From contig OZ024757.1 in assembly GCA_964016885.1 (NCBI GenBank), positions 32,612,001 to 32,676,000 of the forward strand: DNA of 64,000 nucleotides, written 5' to 3'. Source of the DNA: Eledone cirrhosa (lineage: Eukaryota). Positions within the stretch are counted from its first letter, which is position 1. Every line of letters begins with the position of its first letter. The notes under the pieces are model-generated. The model ran no database searches and was not told where the DNA came from. It saw only the letters and a program-made list of their open reading frames with translations. Below are positions 15,928-29,914 of this stretch, piece by piece. Position numbers and translations under genes: made by a program.

Positions 15928-16142
15928 GGGCGGTGGATTGGCAGTATCGATAGAGGGTTGGATGCCATGCTTTGCAGCATGGAGTTAGGCCCTTTAGGAT
16001 CTGAGTTCAAATCCCGCCGAGGTTAACTTTATTTTATCGACCCCGTAAGGATGAAAGCAAAGTACCAGTCACGCACTGGGATCGATTTAATTGATTTTCC
16101 CCTCCCCAAAAATTGCTGGCCTTGTGCCTATATAAGAAACCA
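15928..16142 (+). mobile_element. tRNA-derived SINE family 1 (about 20 copies, e.g. 9752-9975 +, 15015-15335 + x2, 25080-25650 - x2, 27110-27265 -, 28805-28990 -, 38208-38625 + x2, 39060-39270 -, 58625-59060 + x2, 62425-62643 -)
   Basis: A box (TGGCAGTATCGG), B box (GAGTTCAAATCC), shared TTTGCCTTTCATCC...GGGTCGATAAAATAAAGTACCAGT body, (ATT)n tails. Confidence 0.9.
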
Positions 16143-16679
16143 GTATTTCATCGTTATTTTATTTTTTCATTGCTGTTTCATTGTTTCATCGATCTTTCAT
16201 CGCTATTTCATTGTCCTTTCATTCTTCTTCCATCGTTATTTCATCGTGGTTTCATCGTTGTTTCATTGACCTAACTCTTGTTGTACAACCAGGAGACCAT
16301 AAACACCACAGATATGAAAGGAGATAAACTGACGTCAAAGTCCATGAGCGCCCATACAACTCATGCCCTGGTTAAGCACATAAAGAAAATTATACGTTTG
16401 AAATACAATGTTGTAAGTTAAATATTGACTTACGAGTTAATCAACAAGGTATTGTCCGATTTCTATAGACTTCGCCTTCTACACAACTTCTATCCGTACG
16501 TGTCTGTCTGTGTGTGTGTGGTGGTGGTGGTGGTAGGGGGGGGGGTATCAATTCGACAGTATTCATTTAAAAACAAACACAGAAAGGTGTAGGTGCACTT
16601 TTAAGTCTTTTGTACTAAGACGATATATATATATATATACATATATATAAACACATATTCATCCATATATAACACACAC

Positions 16680-16716
<37 letters not shown>

Positions 16717-16740
16717 CGTTTTGGAAGCCTCAACAATGCA

Positions 16741-16792
<52 letters not shown>

Positions 16793-17042
16793 ATGTATAT
16801 ATTCATTCATATATATTATTTAATTAATCAATTTAAACGGCCCTATATATCTAGTAAGCCATGGCAGACTACGAGAGGTATTTAATACACTTACAATTGG
16901 GAAACAACAACAGGAAAGAGAAAAAAGAAAAGAAAGAATAAATACATTAACCGCTTTATAGTTGCACGTTTTTTTTAAGTTTCTGTTCTTGAGTCTTTTG
17001 GTAAACTGAGAGATCTTGTTTATAGTTGATAGACCTTTCACA

Positions 17043-17093
<51 letters not shown>

Positions 17094-17222
17094 AAAGTTC
17101 TATTTAAATTGTTGGGATACAACAAGCAAATATTTTTATAACTGATATAAAGCACTCAACAAATAATTGGAGTAAAAATACGATATTAACAAATGGAAAC
17201 TATATTTATAAAACCATATTTA

Positions 17223-17283
17223 TTTCATTATACATATTTCAAGGACACCAAGTTAAATTATGGTGTGCTTTCATCAGATAAAA
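17223..17283 (-). ncRNA. Minimal type-I hammerhead motif, family D
   Basis: TTTTAT-CTGATGA-AAGcACACCA...TGGTGTcCTT-GAAA-TATGTA-TA^ATGAAA. Confidence 0.65.
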
Positions 17284-17415
17284 TATAATATAGAGCAGTT
17301 TTATAAATAAATATTGACATACCCTTAAAGAATGCAACCATTACTGTTGGAAGCTCCCAGGAGCTCTTGACGTATGATATTTATTTACATATCATCTGTT
17401 CTACATATATATATA

Positions 17416-18310
17416 CAGGGTGTTCGGGATAAATTTGACATCAGGAAAAAGAAAAAGTGCTTGGTATCTACAAAATTTATTTGGTTTAAAAGAAATTCAA
17501 TGGAGAAGGAAATTACACTATTGTCAAAGAGTTTTACTCAAAATAACCTCCATTAGCGTCTATTACAGCCTCAATCCGGGCCCGGAACCTAGAGCAAGCT
17601 GATTTTACACTTTGCCTGGGAAGGCCCTCAAAAACTACTTTAATTCTGTCGATTAACTGGGCTTTTGTAGTACTGGCACGGCGATTGATGTCTTTCTCTA
17701 CAGCGCCCCATACATAATAGTCCATCGGGTTAAGATCAGGGGAGTTCGGAGGCCAAACATTGGGACTGGTGTAGTCGTAAAACTTGGCTGACAACCATTT
17801 TTGACTTTTCCCCGAGGTGTGGCAGGGGGCCGAATCCAGCTGCCATACATACGGCCTATTATTGGCTACCCTTGTTATCCAGGGCTTCAATTCATGCGAC
17901 AAAGACCGAATTCCGATGCCAGGGTCCTCCAACACTTTTTTCTGCAGATTTTCGAGGAATTCTGCTGTGCGAGAACAATCAGATCTTCTGTTATGTTTCT
18001 TTCTTCTAGCCACAGCCTCGTAGTCTCCATTGCAATTCTCCAGTTCATGCCGGATTGTTTTTACAGTGTTCAGGGAGCATTGAGCAGCGACCATAACCTC
18101 CTTATTTTGATGGCCGGCGCGAATCATCATGATACAAGTTATTCTCTTCCATGATTCAGGTGGCTCCCAGTCATCCATTCTCGTTGTCATCACATATATG
18201 AATGAAGGAGGGTTTAAACTTTCAAATAAAGCCTAGTGGGCATGAATGAATTTAAAACATCTGAAAAAACAACCAAATATTATTCTGTCAAATTTATCCC
18301 GAACACCCTG
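17416..18310 (-). mobile_element. Tc1/mariner DD37D (maT) transposon, internally deleted, 895 bp
   Basis: Perfect 25-bp TIRs CAGGGTGTTCGGGATAAATTTGACA, TA flanks; ORF 17534-18193 with QLDSAPCH...WPPNSPDLNPMDY (37 residues between the Ds). Confidence 0.93.
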
Positions 18311-18990
18311 TATATATAACATATTTAACCATTTCTTAATTGATATATCCGGTTATATATCGTTTGCGTGTGTGTGTGCTTGTGTGTGTGTGTTTTATTT
18401 CTGACATGCCATTTTTACTTTGGTGGTATCGGTAGATCAAAAAATAAAATGATTTCATGGCACGATTCTGGTTGTATTTGAGTTCAAATCGCATTGAGTT
18501 CAACTTTGATTTTCTAACTTTCAGGTCTTTATAAAATAAATCCGTGAGCGGTCGATTTAATGGATTATACCCAACATACTACTTCAGAAAAATAGTTGGC
18601 ACCGCATCAGTGTAGGAATCTATCATTATTATTTCTCTCACTGGCACATGAAGCCCAGGAATTGTGGAGGTGGAATATGTATATCGATCTTTGAAAGGCC
18701 ATTGATTGAATTTCATTAAATCAATATCAATCAATGATCGAACTGGGATAATTATGTGTTCAAAAATATCAGTTCTCCATCGAGTGATGCTATAGGGTTG
18801 TGAATATTATTGATTTTTGTTTTCTCAAGGACATTAGGCGTTTTATAAATAATTGATGATGAAGTGAAGCTTCCGTCGGTTTCAACGATTAGTATTCCAG
18901 TTGCTCGTGAATTAACCTGTAAGTGGTTGAGTATTCCTCACATACGTGTACCCTTAACGTAATTCTCCGGCAGAATCTGCATGACGCATA

Positions 18991-19207
18991 CGGGGTGGGC
19001 CAGAATGAATGACTCTCTTGTTAGTTATATTTCTTAACGATTTAACTAAGCAGCGCATTAATTAAATGTATACATTTGTGTGCTTACCGTATCTTGTTCA
19101 TGATCTTATGCCTGTATATGGTATTATATTCCTTAACTTGTTTTATAACATTTTGTGTTAATAGATCTATAAATAATCAAGTGAGTCATAAATTCTGGCC
19201 CACCCTG
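18991..19207. mobile_element. Tc1/mariner-type MITE
   Basis: ta-CGGGGTGGGCCAGAATGAATGACTC ... GAGTCATAAATTCTGGCCCACCCTG-ta. Confidence 0.8.
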
Positions 19208-19224
19208 TACATACATATCTTACA

Positions 19225-19815
19225 TGTTGATTGCTACTTCTTGTCGGTAGAGTGCCATCCCTTTATTGAACATTACACGGTTATGTGCACATAGATGACT
19301 TTTCAGACCCGCTTTTGTTTTGCAGATACGTTCACAAATGTAACACTTGAACTGTCTGTCTCCTGTGAAAACCGGCTGGGATGTATTTTCATGCATTTTA
19401 CCATGTTTGGTTAGACCACCTACTGACTTGCAAAGTAAGCCACACTCACTGCAAATATACCATGGAGTGTGTGGTGGTAGAACCATCTCACAGTTGACTC
19501 GATTTCTTGCTGGCTCGTGTGATTTCAGATGGTTAATAAAACCAGTTCGTGTTAGAATAAATCGGCCATATACATTGCACCTCAAATCTTGCTGAATTTT
19601 TGCAGGCATTGCACTTGGGTCCCGCTTACGAAGTGAACCCTTCAGAGTAGCATGCTCCACTCGCTTTTTCTTAAAGACATCACATCCATATTTGATGATC
19701 CTTCTCCATGATGTACGGCCTTCAGCTAGTCTCTCCCAATTCTCCATATCAATCTTCAGAGCTTTAAGATTGTCTTTTATGATATCCTTAAACCGCTTCT
19801 TTGATTTATGCTTCT
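19225..19815 (-). mobile_element. RTE-clade LINE 3' end with three C2H2 zinc fingers
   Basis: KRFKDIIKDNLK...WERLAEGRTSWR then C/YxxC/G..H..H fingers; (CATA)n tail. Confidence 0.8.
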
Positions 19816-20480
19816 TTGGTTTATACCATAAATATATACATACATACATGCATACATACATGATGGCTGCCCTCTCGTTATCGAATATGGCCATTGCACT
19901 ATAAAACATTATTAATAATTATCAATTAACGCTATCGTGCAATGTCTGAGCGACAGTAGCTGTAATCTGAAAAGAAGAAAAGATCAACATCATCGGTTAC
20001 TACTGAGCCGCAGGTTTGATGTCGAAGTTATCCCAGTTTCCTGAGTTGCCTTCTCTTAGAAGAATGCCCTGACAAAGGCTAGCGATCCTTCACTCCCAGT
20101 GGTTTAACATAGTGATATGGGATAGAGAAAAGAAGACCTGTAGAGTAGTAGAAGTCAGCTGCCCAACAGATGTCAATATATTGCCAAATATACTATACAG
20201 ACATTCATGTATACATCACTATTTCAGAGCACCAATCCTAATACCTAATTTTTGCTGGACCGGTAATCGCTCTGTATAATCAGCTCATGATTATTACTGG
20301 AATTCTATAAGAATCCAGCTTCTATAATTTTCGGCGGAAGCAGGGAGTGCGTGGCTCTGATGATCGCCAAACAGCATGAAACAGACTGTTAGCTTCTCTC
20401 CTTTGTTCTGTCCTACGCAATCACAAGATGGCGTAGGACAGAACAAAGGAGGGACACAAAAAACAAAGAAAAGAACGCCC

Positions 20481-20524
20481 AGTCACTGAAGAGGTCACAG
20501 AATGTGTGACGAAAGAACTTTGAC
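20481..20524 (+). ncRNA. Minimal type-I hammerhead motif, family A copy 2
   Basis: AGTCA-CTGAAGAG-GTCACA(gaatg)TGTGAC-GAAAGAACTT^TGAC. Confidence 0.65.
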
Positions 20525-20737
20525 AATATATAAACAAACATCTGGTCGTGTAACCAACCAACCAACCAAGCGGAAATTTATAAATTCCTAAATTTATAAA
20601 TTTATTATAATAAATTGAAGTGAAAGCAACTGGTGCGTGTGTTTCTTATTAGCAACATGACCCTCCCAAAGTATAACAATATCGGTTTCAACACACGTTT
20701 TCAGATAAAGAATCTTGCTAAACAAATCCAGAAACGA

Positions 20738-20773
20738 AATATATACATATATATTTATATATATATCCATATA

Positions 20774-20815
<42 letters not shown>

Positions 20816-21055
20816 TATTTATATATATACATATATATTTATATATATACATATATATTTATATATATACATATATATTTATATATATACATATATATTT
20901 ATATATATTTATATATATATTTATATATATATATTTATATATATATATATACATATATATTTATATATATTACATATATATTTATATATATTACATATAT
21001 ATTTATATATATTATATATATATATATTTATATATACATATATATATTTATATAC

Positions 21056-21087
<32 letters not shown>

Positions 21088-21124
21088 ATATATTTATATA
21101 CATATATATATATATATATATATT

Positions 21125-21167
<43 letters not shown>

Positions 21168-21578
21168 GTTTATATATATATGTTTATATATATATATGTA
21201 TATATATTTATATATGTATATATATTTATATATGTATATATATTTATATATGTATATATATTTATATATGTATATATATTTATATATATATATATATTTA
21301 TATATATACATATATATTTATATATATTTATATATATATTTATATATTTATATATATATTTATATATTTATATATATATTTATATATTTATATATATACA
21401 TATATATTTATATATATACATATATATTTATATATATATATTTACATATTTATATATTTATATATATACTTATATATATATATATACATATATATTTATA
21501 TATATATATATACATATATATTTATATATATATATTTATATAAATATATTTATATATATATATTTATATATATATATT

Positions 21579-21612
<34 letters not shown>

Positions 21613-21764
21613 TATATAAATATATTTATATATATATATTTATATAAATATATTTATATATATATATTTATATAAATATATTTATATATATATATTTTTT
21701 TTTATATATATATACATATATATTTATATATATATATTTATATATATATATTTATATTTATATT

Positions 21765-21797
<33 letters not shown>

Positions 21798-21857
21798 ATA
21801 TTTATATATACATATATATTTATATATACATATATTTATATATACATATATATATAC

Positions 21858-21888
<31 letters not shown>

Positions 21889-22337
21889 CATATATATACA
21901 TACATATATATACATATATATATACATATATATATATACATATATATACATATATATATATATACATATATATACATACATATATATACATATATATATA
22001 TACATATATATATATATACATATATATACATACATATATATACATATATATACATACATATATATACATATATATATATACATATATATATATATACATA
22101 TATATACATATATATATATACATATATATACATATATATATATATACATATATATACATATATATACATATATATACATATATATACATATAAATACATA
22201 TATATATATATAAATACATATATATATATATACATACATATATACATATATATATATACATATATATACATATATATACATATAAATACATATATATACA
22301 TATAAATACATACATATATATACATATATATAGATAC

Positions 22338-22410
<73 letters not shown>
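20738..22410. repeat. (TA)n-derived array, TATT-type switching to TACA-type
   Basis: Directly visible. Confidence 0.95.
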
Positions 22411-22566
22411 ATATGCCCCCACACAGGCACACACTATTGAATAAGTATATGTCTGTGGGTGTATCAATGTGTTTTAGAAGACAGAAGAATCTAAAAGGGA
22501 TGGGTGTACTCAGGAAGGAACCACGAAAAGTAGGAAGTGAATCTATGGAGAGTGGGGGGATGTCGT

Positions 22567-22629
<63 letters not shown>

Positions 22630-22928
22630 AGGATTATGTGTATGTTTGTGTCAGAGCATAGATGTGTGGTAGGGGGTAAGGGAAAGGTAGTGGGACGTGG
22701 ATTAGCTAGTCAACAAGTCCGATGCACTTAGTGACCAGGTATACCTCTATCCATTGATCATCCCAACTCCCCCACCTTCCACCTTCGCCAGCTTCCCCAA
22801 TTTCCCTCACCCACCCACCCCTCTCTCTCTCTCTCTTTCTCTCTCAATATATATACAGTTTGTCCCCCAAAAATGTATACACACTTCAACAGCAAAATCA
22901 AAGTGTGTATACATTTTGTGGGGCCACC

Positions 22929-22973
<45 letters not shown>

Positions 22974-23369
22974 GTGTGTGTGTGTGTGTTCCCGGTTTCA
23001 TGGCGTGAAGCGATTGAGAGTACAAGACATCCCCCTGGACAGGGCGCCAGTCCATCGCAGGGTTAAACCCCCAGCTATTGCTGGTACTCATTTTCAGCTG
23101 AGTATACTGGAGCAACCTGAAATGAAGTCTTTTGCTCAAGAACACAACACGTAACCCAGTTATCGAACCCACGACATTATGATCATAACACCAACACCCT
23201 TACCAATAGGCCACGTGCCTGCTCTCTCTATATATATACATACACACACATGCACATATATATGTGTTATATATATATATATATGTGTGTGTATTAATTA
23301 CTGTACCATCTCTGTATCCTAAACATGCATCGAATACTTCATTTAAATGGATCAAAAACCGAGAGCAAT

Positions 23370-23697
23370 CCTTGACAACGCTTGACAACTTTTGACAATG
23401 CTTGACAGACCCTTGACAAACCCTTGACAACGCCTGATAAACTTTGACATACCTTTATCAACCTTTGTCAGCTTTTGTCAACTTATGACAACCCTTGACA
23501 ATTTTTGTCAACCTTTGCAACGTTTATCAAAACTTTGCAACTGTTGGCAACTTATGGAACCCATTAATCACCTTAGGCAACTTTTGACAGTTTTAAGCAA
23601 CCTTTAACAATCTTCGCTAATCTTTTGGCAACTTTCAGCAAACTATGGCAACTTTTGGCAGCCTTCGGCAACTTTCGGTAACCTTCGGCAACCTTTA
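23370..23697. repeat. Degenerate ~10-bp tandem repeat (CTTGACAAC/CTTTGGCAAC)
   Basis: Directly visible. Confidence 0.8.
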
Positions 23698-24138
23698 TAT
23701 GGTGGGATGCCTAATTAACAATCTTTTTATGAACTGCATTAATTAAACCAGTGTTAACATCTTGAATGTTGTGAGCATCAAAATTCGCATGAGAAATAGT
23801 TGAGGAGGGAAGAGACTTACAGTATTTTAGTCGAATAGCATAACGTATAGCGTATTTAACCCTTTCATTGCCGTATTTCCAATAAAAAGCACTGTAAATG
23901 AAGTAGGTGTTGAAGAATTTTGAGGGATTTACTGAAGTTGGATGACTGAAACCAATAAAAGAATAAAAATATTTATGCAACAAGTTTTTTTCAAGCTATT
24001 TTCCCTGATGACGAGGTCATTTTTTAATAAAACTTTCGGATTAACAACACCACATTTCGGATCTGGGCATATCAACGAATTAACAAGGTAAATTTTATTC
24101 CACCATTATGTTTCCCTGTTTTTTCTGTTTAAGTTCTA

Positions 24139-24197
24139 GCTGTCTGATAAGGTCATAACTGTTGAATTATGATTATCACCGAAATATATATTGCAGC
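24139..24197 (+). ncRNA. Degenerate hammerhead, family B (core G8>A)
   Basis: GCTGT-CTGATAA-GGT...ACC-GAAA-TATATA-TT^GCAGC. Confidence 0.45.
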
Positions 24198-24351
24198 GAA
24201 TATGAATAAAGGAAATTAATTTTAACCTGTTTACACTTCTTATTTTAAATTACTCCGGAGGAAACAGACTCACCTGTGCACTTCGTTGAGTGCTCTAACC
24301 TGCATACTGAAGTTTCGGTAAGCAACCAACACAAACTCAAATATATATATT

Positions 24352-24394
<43 letters not shown>

Positions 24395-24400
24395 TATATA

Positions 24401-24438
<38 letters not shown>

Positions 24439-24439
24439 A

Positions 24440-24815
24440 GGTGAGAGATGACCCCTTAGCCTTTGTCAAGGCACAATTCTAGGGGAAGGAAAACTCTGAT
24501 ATTATACCTGCAACTCTGATGGTATCCAATGATGTTGACTTGTTCTTCTTTTTGGTAAATATCATCTTGCTCACTATAAAAGCTTCACGGCACAGGCATT
24601 GCTTTATATCTGGAGATCTCTCTGCACTTGTCGTCACATGGTACCATGGGCCAAGCACTATGTGTCAATAATTGTCACAGGTGTAGTGTTTGTACCAGAG
24701 TTTTCAAGTCGCTGGCTGGACTAAAAAGTCACACTCGTTCAGCGCATCGGTAGGGGTTCTCATACATGAATATAAAGTAGTGGCCGTACTCGAAAACGAG
24801 TTGGCAGCCACCATG
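24440..24815 (+). mobile_element. Non-autonomous RTE-derived element; inverted near-identical copy at 29022-29430, shorter relative at 19861-20098
   Basis: Direct sequence match between copies; retains CSVCTRVFKSLAGLKSH; (ATGT)n flanks. Confidence 0.75.
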
Positions 24816-26091
24816 TAAAAGGTAAACAGAAATAACAACACAATCGGTACAGTATATGGAAGGTATATATTAGGTTAACGCTTGATATAGCAGGTAGAGG
24901 GTCTTAACTTTTCGGACGCTAGTCCTTCATCAGAAGAAAAAATGAGAAATAAAATAGATTGAGGGGACGGGCGGGATATATATATATATATATATATACA
25001 GAGATAGAGAGAAAGAAGCTGTGACCGATGAGGCTTCTAATCATGGGGGCACTCAATGCACGTGGAGAGAAAAAGAGGAAGTGAGAAAAAGATATATAGG
25101 AAGAAACGACTCCAGTATTTGTCTGATACTTTATTTATTAACCTTATTAAATGAAAGGACAAAAGGCGAAGTTAACCTTGGCACGATTTGAACTCGGAGT
25201 GCAGAAAGATAGAACGAATACCGTAAAGCATTATATCAGATATTTTAACGGCTCTACCAATTGGTCGCTCCTAATACTATGAGAACCAGATCTGAAACAA
25301 ACAAAAATAATAAAAGACATGTACTGTGGTCGATGTATGTATGGTCCCGTAACTCCTGTAAAATTGACATACGGCGTTTCTTGGGCATTTTAAGCCTGGT
25401 GGAGCCCATTCCTCTCCAGGTCTGAGTACAGCAGATTTCTTCCAGAGAAAGATAGAAGGTGAGAGAGAGAAGGGAAAGGAGAATCGACTCCAGTACTAGA
25501 CTGATACCTTTTTTTATCAACCCCGAAAGGATGAAAGGCAAATTTGACCTCGGCGGGATTTGAACTCAGAGAGCAAAGAGCCAGAACGAATGCCATAAAG
25601 CATTCTATCCGACGTTCTAACAGCTCTGCCAAGCCAATTCACCGCCTATAATACTATGAGTACCAGATCTGAAACAAACAAAATTTAATAAAAGATATCT
25701 ACTGCGGTCGATATGATCAACTAAAATCTATTTTCGCCTGTATCCCAGCATGGCCGCAGTCTTTTGACTGAAACCAGTACTGAGAATAAAAGAATTACTA
25801 AATACTAAAGTCAATATGTTAATTACGATTGAATAAGCGAGTCGACTGGTGTTTTGTATTGCTGCCATTGTTCACCTCTCTCAATTGACGTAAACCGAGA
25901 GGTCGTAAGTTCGTTTCAACGTTTCTTTGTTCTTTATTTACACAATTATTTTTCTTTTAGCTTTTTCTTTTTCTCTTCTACATGCTTTTTGTTTATTTGT
26001 TTGTTAGTTTTTTGCTTCTTTGTTTTTTCCTTTATTTGTGTTAGTTTGTCATCTTTTCTTTTTTTTTTAGGAGGGGGTGGTGGGGGTTGCT

Positions 26092-26123
<32 letters not shown>

Positions 26124-26323
26124 CTTTCATACTTATTGTTTTGTTTTGATTAGTTTCGGCCAAGATACCTGTTTACATTGTATATTGTTTCTGTCGGCCT
26201 GTGTGTGTGTGTCTGTGTGTGTCTCTCTCTGTCTGTGTGTCTGTGTGTGTCTCTCTCTGTCTGTGTGTGTGTTTGTGTGCCTCTCTCTGTATGTATGTCT
26301 GTCTTTCTCTCTCTCTCTGTATG

Positions 26324-26386
<63 letters not shown>

Positions 26387-26601
26387 CTCTCTCTCTCAGT
26401 GTCTGTGTCTGTCTCTCTCTGTCTCAGTGTCTGTGTGTGTAGGATATTAGATGATTAGGGGTGTAGCTGTGGAGTCGTGAGAGTTTGAGTGTATTAATAT
26501 ATACATATATATATGTGTGTGTGTGTGTATATACATATATAGAGATAGATATATATATATGTGTGTGTGTGTATATACATATATAGAGATAGATATATAT
26601 A

Positions 26602-26647
<46 letters not shown>

Positions 26648-26701
26648 GGTGTGTGTGTCTGTATACATATGTAGAGATAGATATATATATATGTGTGTGT
26701 G

Positions 26702-26734
<33 letters not shown>

Positions 26735-27824
26735 CTGTATACATATGTAGAGATAGATAGATAGATACATATGTGTGCGTGTGTATGTGAACATAGTTAT
26801 ACACATAGATATATAAGCGCATATATAGGTCTGCATGCATATATATGTATACATATGTGTGTGCAATATGTGCGGCTATATATATATATATATATATATA
26901 TAGGAAAAAGTATGACCCCGACGGCAGAGCTCAAGCCGTTTCGACGGCTATTTCTGGACAGAAATAGCCGTCGAAATGGCTTGAGCTCTGTCGTCCAGAA
27001 ATAGTCGTCGAAACGGCTTGAGCTCTGCCGTCGGGGTCATACTTTTTCCTATTTGCCACTCTACTACCCTAAGTATTGAGTACTCTGGTGCGTTATGGTC
27101 CACCTGGAAATTACCCAGTACATTACTGGTACTTTATTTTATCGACCCCGTAAGGATGAAAGGCAAAGTTAACCTCGGCGGGATTTGAACTCAGAATGGC
27201 AAGGGCCGTAACTCTATGCGTCAAAGCATGGCGTCCGACCCTCTACCGATACTGCAAATCCAGCGGTTATATATATATAAATATATAATATTATTCTTTT
27301 ATTCTTTTGCTATTTTCAGTCATTAGGCTGCAGTCGGACTGGGGCGTTGCGTAAACATAGACACACATACATAAATATACACACTCATATTTATACACAC
27401 ACACTCGTATATATATACATGTGTATGTATGTGTGTGTATATATATGTGTATGTATGTCTGTGTATATATATGTATGTGTGTGTGTATATATATATGTAT
27501 GTGTGTGTGTATATATATATGTATGTGTGTGTGTATATATATATGTATGTGTGTGTATATATATATATATGTATGTGTGTGTATATATATATATGTATGT
27601 GTGTGCGTATATATATATATGTGTGTGTGTGCAGGTGTGTATGTTTATGTATGTATGTATGTGTGTATATATGTATATGTGGGGGGGGCAGGTTATGTGT
27701 CACTAATATACTGAACATCTCAATAACAAGATAGCTAAAAATATCTAAATCAGGGAAGCCAATATTGAATAACTTTACATAAATTATTCTCTCTCTCTCG
27801 CTCTCTCTCTCGCTCTCTCTCTCG

Positions 27825-27936
<112 letters not shown>

Positions 27937-28104
27937 TACAAGAATGGACAAAACAAACACAGATATGCAAAACCACAATCTTATTAGTTTCACGTTTAGG
28001 AAGAAGTATATGTGTGTATATATAGGTATGCATGCACGTATGTATATGTATGCATGCATATATGTATAAGTGTACATACCTACATATATACATGCATATA
28101 AAGA

Positions 28105-28590
28105 TGTCATCATGGCACTATCTACCTATGAGGCATGATGTTGTTGCCAAAACTCTATACAAATGTAATCTGTAGAAAAGATAGCCCCGACATTAAACAT
28201 ATCAAAGGTTACATAATATGAAAGAGTACTGGTGGAATGTTCCAGTCAAAACCCCAATAAAATGCAAGCATTACATACCAGCTATAATGATATGGGACAG
28301 GGAAAAGAAGGCATGTACAATAGTGGAAGTTAGCTGCCCAGCAGATGCCAATATAATGTTAAAGATTAGCGAAAAGGATAATATTTATGCAGAACTGTTG
28401 AGGAATCTGCCGATACACCACTCTGACTATTACCTTCAGATTTATACCTGTGATTATTGGAGCACTGGAATGTGTTACTAACTGCCTCAGTACAAATCTT
28501 GAGAAGCTGGGCTTCACAGAACCAGAAAGAACATTAGTTAGAAAGTACAATCCATTAATGGATTGTAAAAATACGTAAAACTTTTAAGAA
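28105..28590 (+). mobile_element. Degenerate REL-endonuclease non-LTR retrotransposon 3' fragment (R4/NeSL-like)
   Basis: YLPMRHDVVAK ... EYWWNVPVKT..IWDREKKACTIVEVSCPAD..EKDNIY; small relative near 20110-20180. Confidence 0.7.
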
Positions 28591-29880
28591 ATTCTACCTG
28601 TAATAACTGCATATACACATGTATAGATACAAAACATATGCACGTGTACACATATAGCTCAAAACATACAGATCCACACACACACACACACACACACCAC
28701 ACACACACACACACCACATTCATTTACCTAGTTGATGTTGTCTAAATTCCAATGAAAGGGTCTTGTGATAAAAACCGGCTCTCTCGGTAAAAAATTATAA
28801 AATAATTGTTTCTACTTCAGGCACAAGGCCTGTAATTACCCCCAATACATTACTGGTACTTTACTTTGTCAACCCCATAAGGATGAAAGGCAAAGTTAAC
28901 TTCGGCGGGATTTGAACTCAAACTGTAAGAGGGCGTAACTCTATTCTGCATAGCATGGCGTCCGACCCTCAACCGATACTGCCAATCTACAAGAACATAC
29001 ATACATACATACATACATATATGGTGGCTGCCAACTCGTTTTCGAGTACGGCCACTACTTTATATCCATGTAGGAGAACCCCTACCGATACGCTGAACGA
29101 GTGTGACTTTTTAGTCCAGCCAGCGACTTGAAAACTCTGGTACAAACACTACACTTGTGACAATTATTGAACATAGTGCTGGGCCCATGGTACCATGTGA
29201 CGACAAGTGCAGAGAGATCTCCAGATATAAAGCAATGCCTGTGCCGTGAAGCTTTTATAGTGAGCAAAGGCACTGCACAAAGCCAGTCCCACTCTCTTAA
29301 CCAAGATGATATTTACCAAAAAGAAGAACAAGTCAACATCATTGGATACCATCAGGGTTGCAGGTGTTATATCAGAGTTTTCCTTCTCCTAGAATTCTGC
29401 CTTGACAAAGGCTAAGGGGTCATCTCTCCCGTACGTACGTACATACATACATACATACATACATACATACATACATACATACATACATACATACATACAT
29501 ACATACATACATACATACATACATACATACATACATACATGGTATGGTTCCGTAACTACTGACGAAGTCGTGGGGCACCGTATTAACACGCGGCTTTTCT
29601 TGGGGCATTATTAAACCTGTCGGAGCCCAGCCCCTCTCCAGGCCTGAGTACAACTGATTTCTTCGAGAGAAGGATAGGAAGTGAGCAAGAGATATAGAGG
29701 AAGAATGGACTCCAGTATTCGACTGGTACTTTTTTTATTGGCCTCAAAAACGATGAACGGCTAAGTTGACCTCGGCAAGATTTGAACTGAGTGTAGAGAG
29801 CCAGAACGAATACTGCAAAGCATTCTATCCGACGTTCTAACAACTCCCCGTCATACATTACATACATACATATACACATA

Positions 29881-29914
<34 letters not shown>

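Noticed and set aside
15440-16269. Hydrophobic Phe/Ser/His-rich ORFs resembling membrane proteins
   Set aside because: Products of the degenerate 11-bp TTTCATCGTTA repeat plus a SINE
19220-19909. Host C2H2 zinc-finger gene
   Set aside because: The fingers follow an RTE LINE C-terminal motif and end in a (CATA)n tail; the ORF start is a chimera with another repeat
24005-24020. Isolated CTGATGA/CTGACGA words (24005, 29558, 11250 minus)
   Set aside because: No properly placed stem II and GAAA, so not counted as hammerheads
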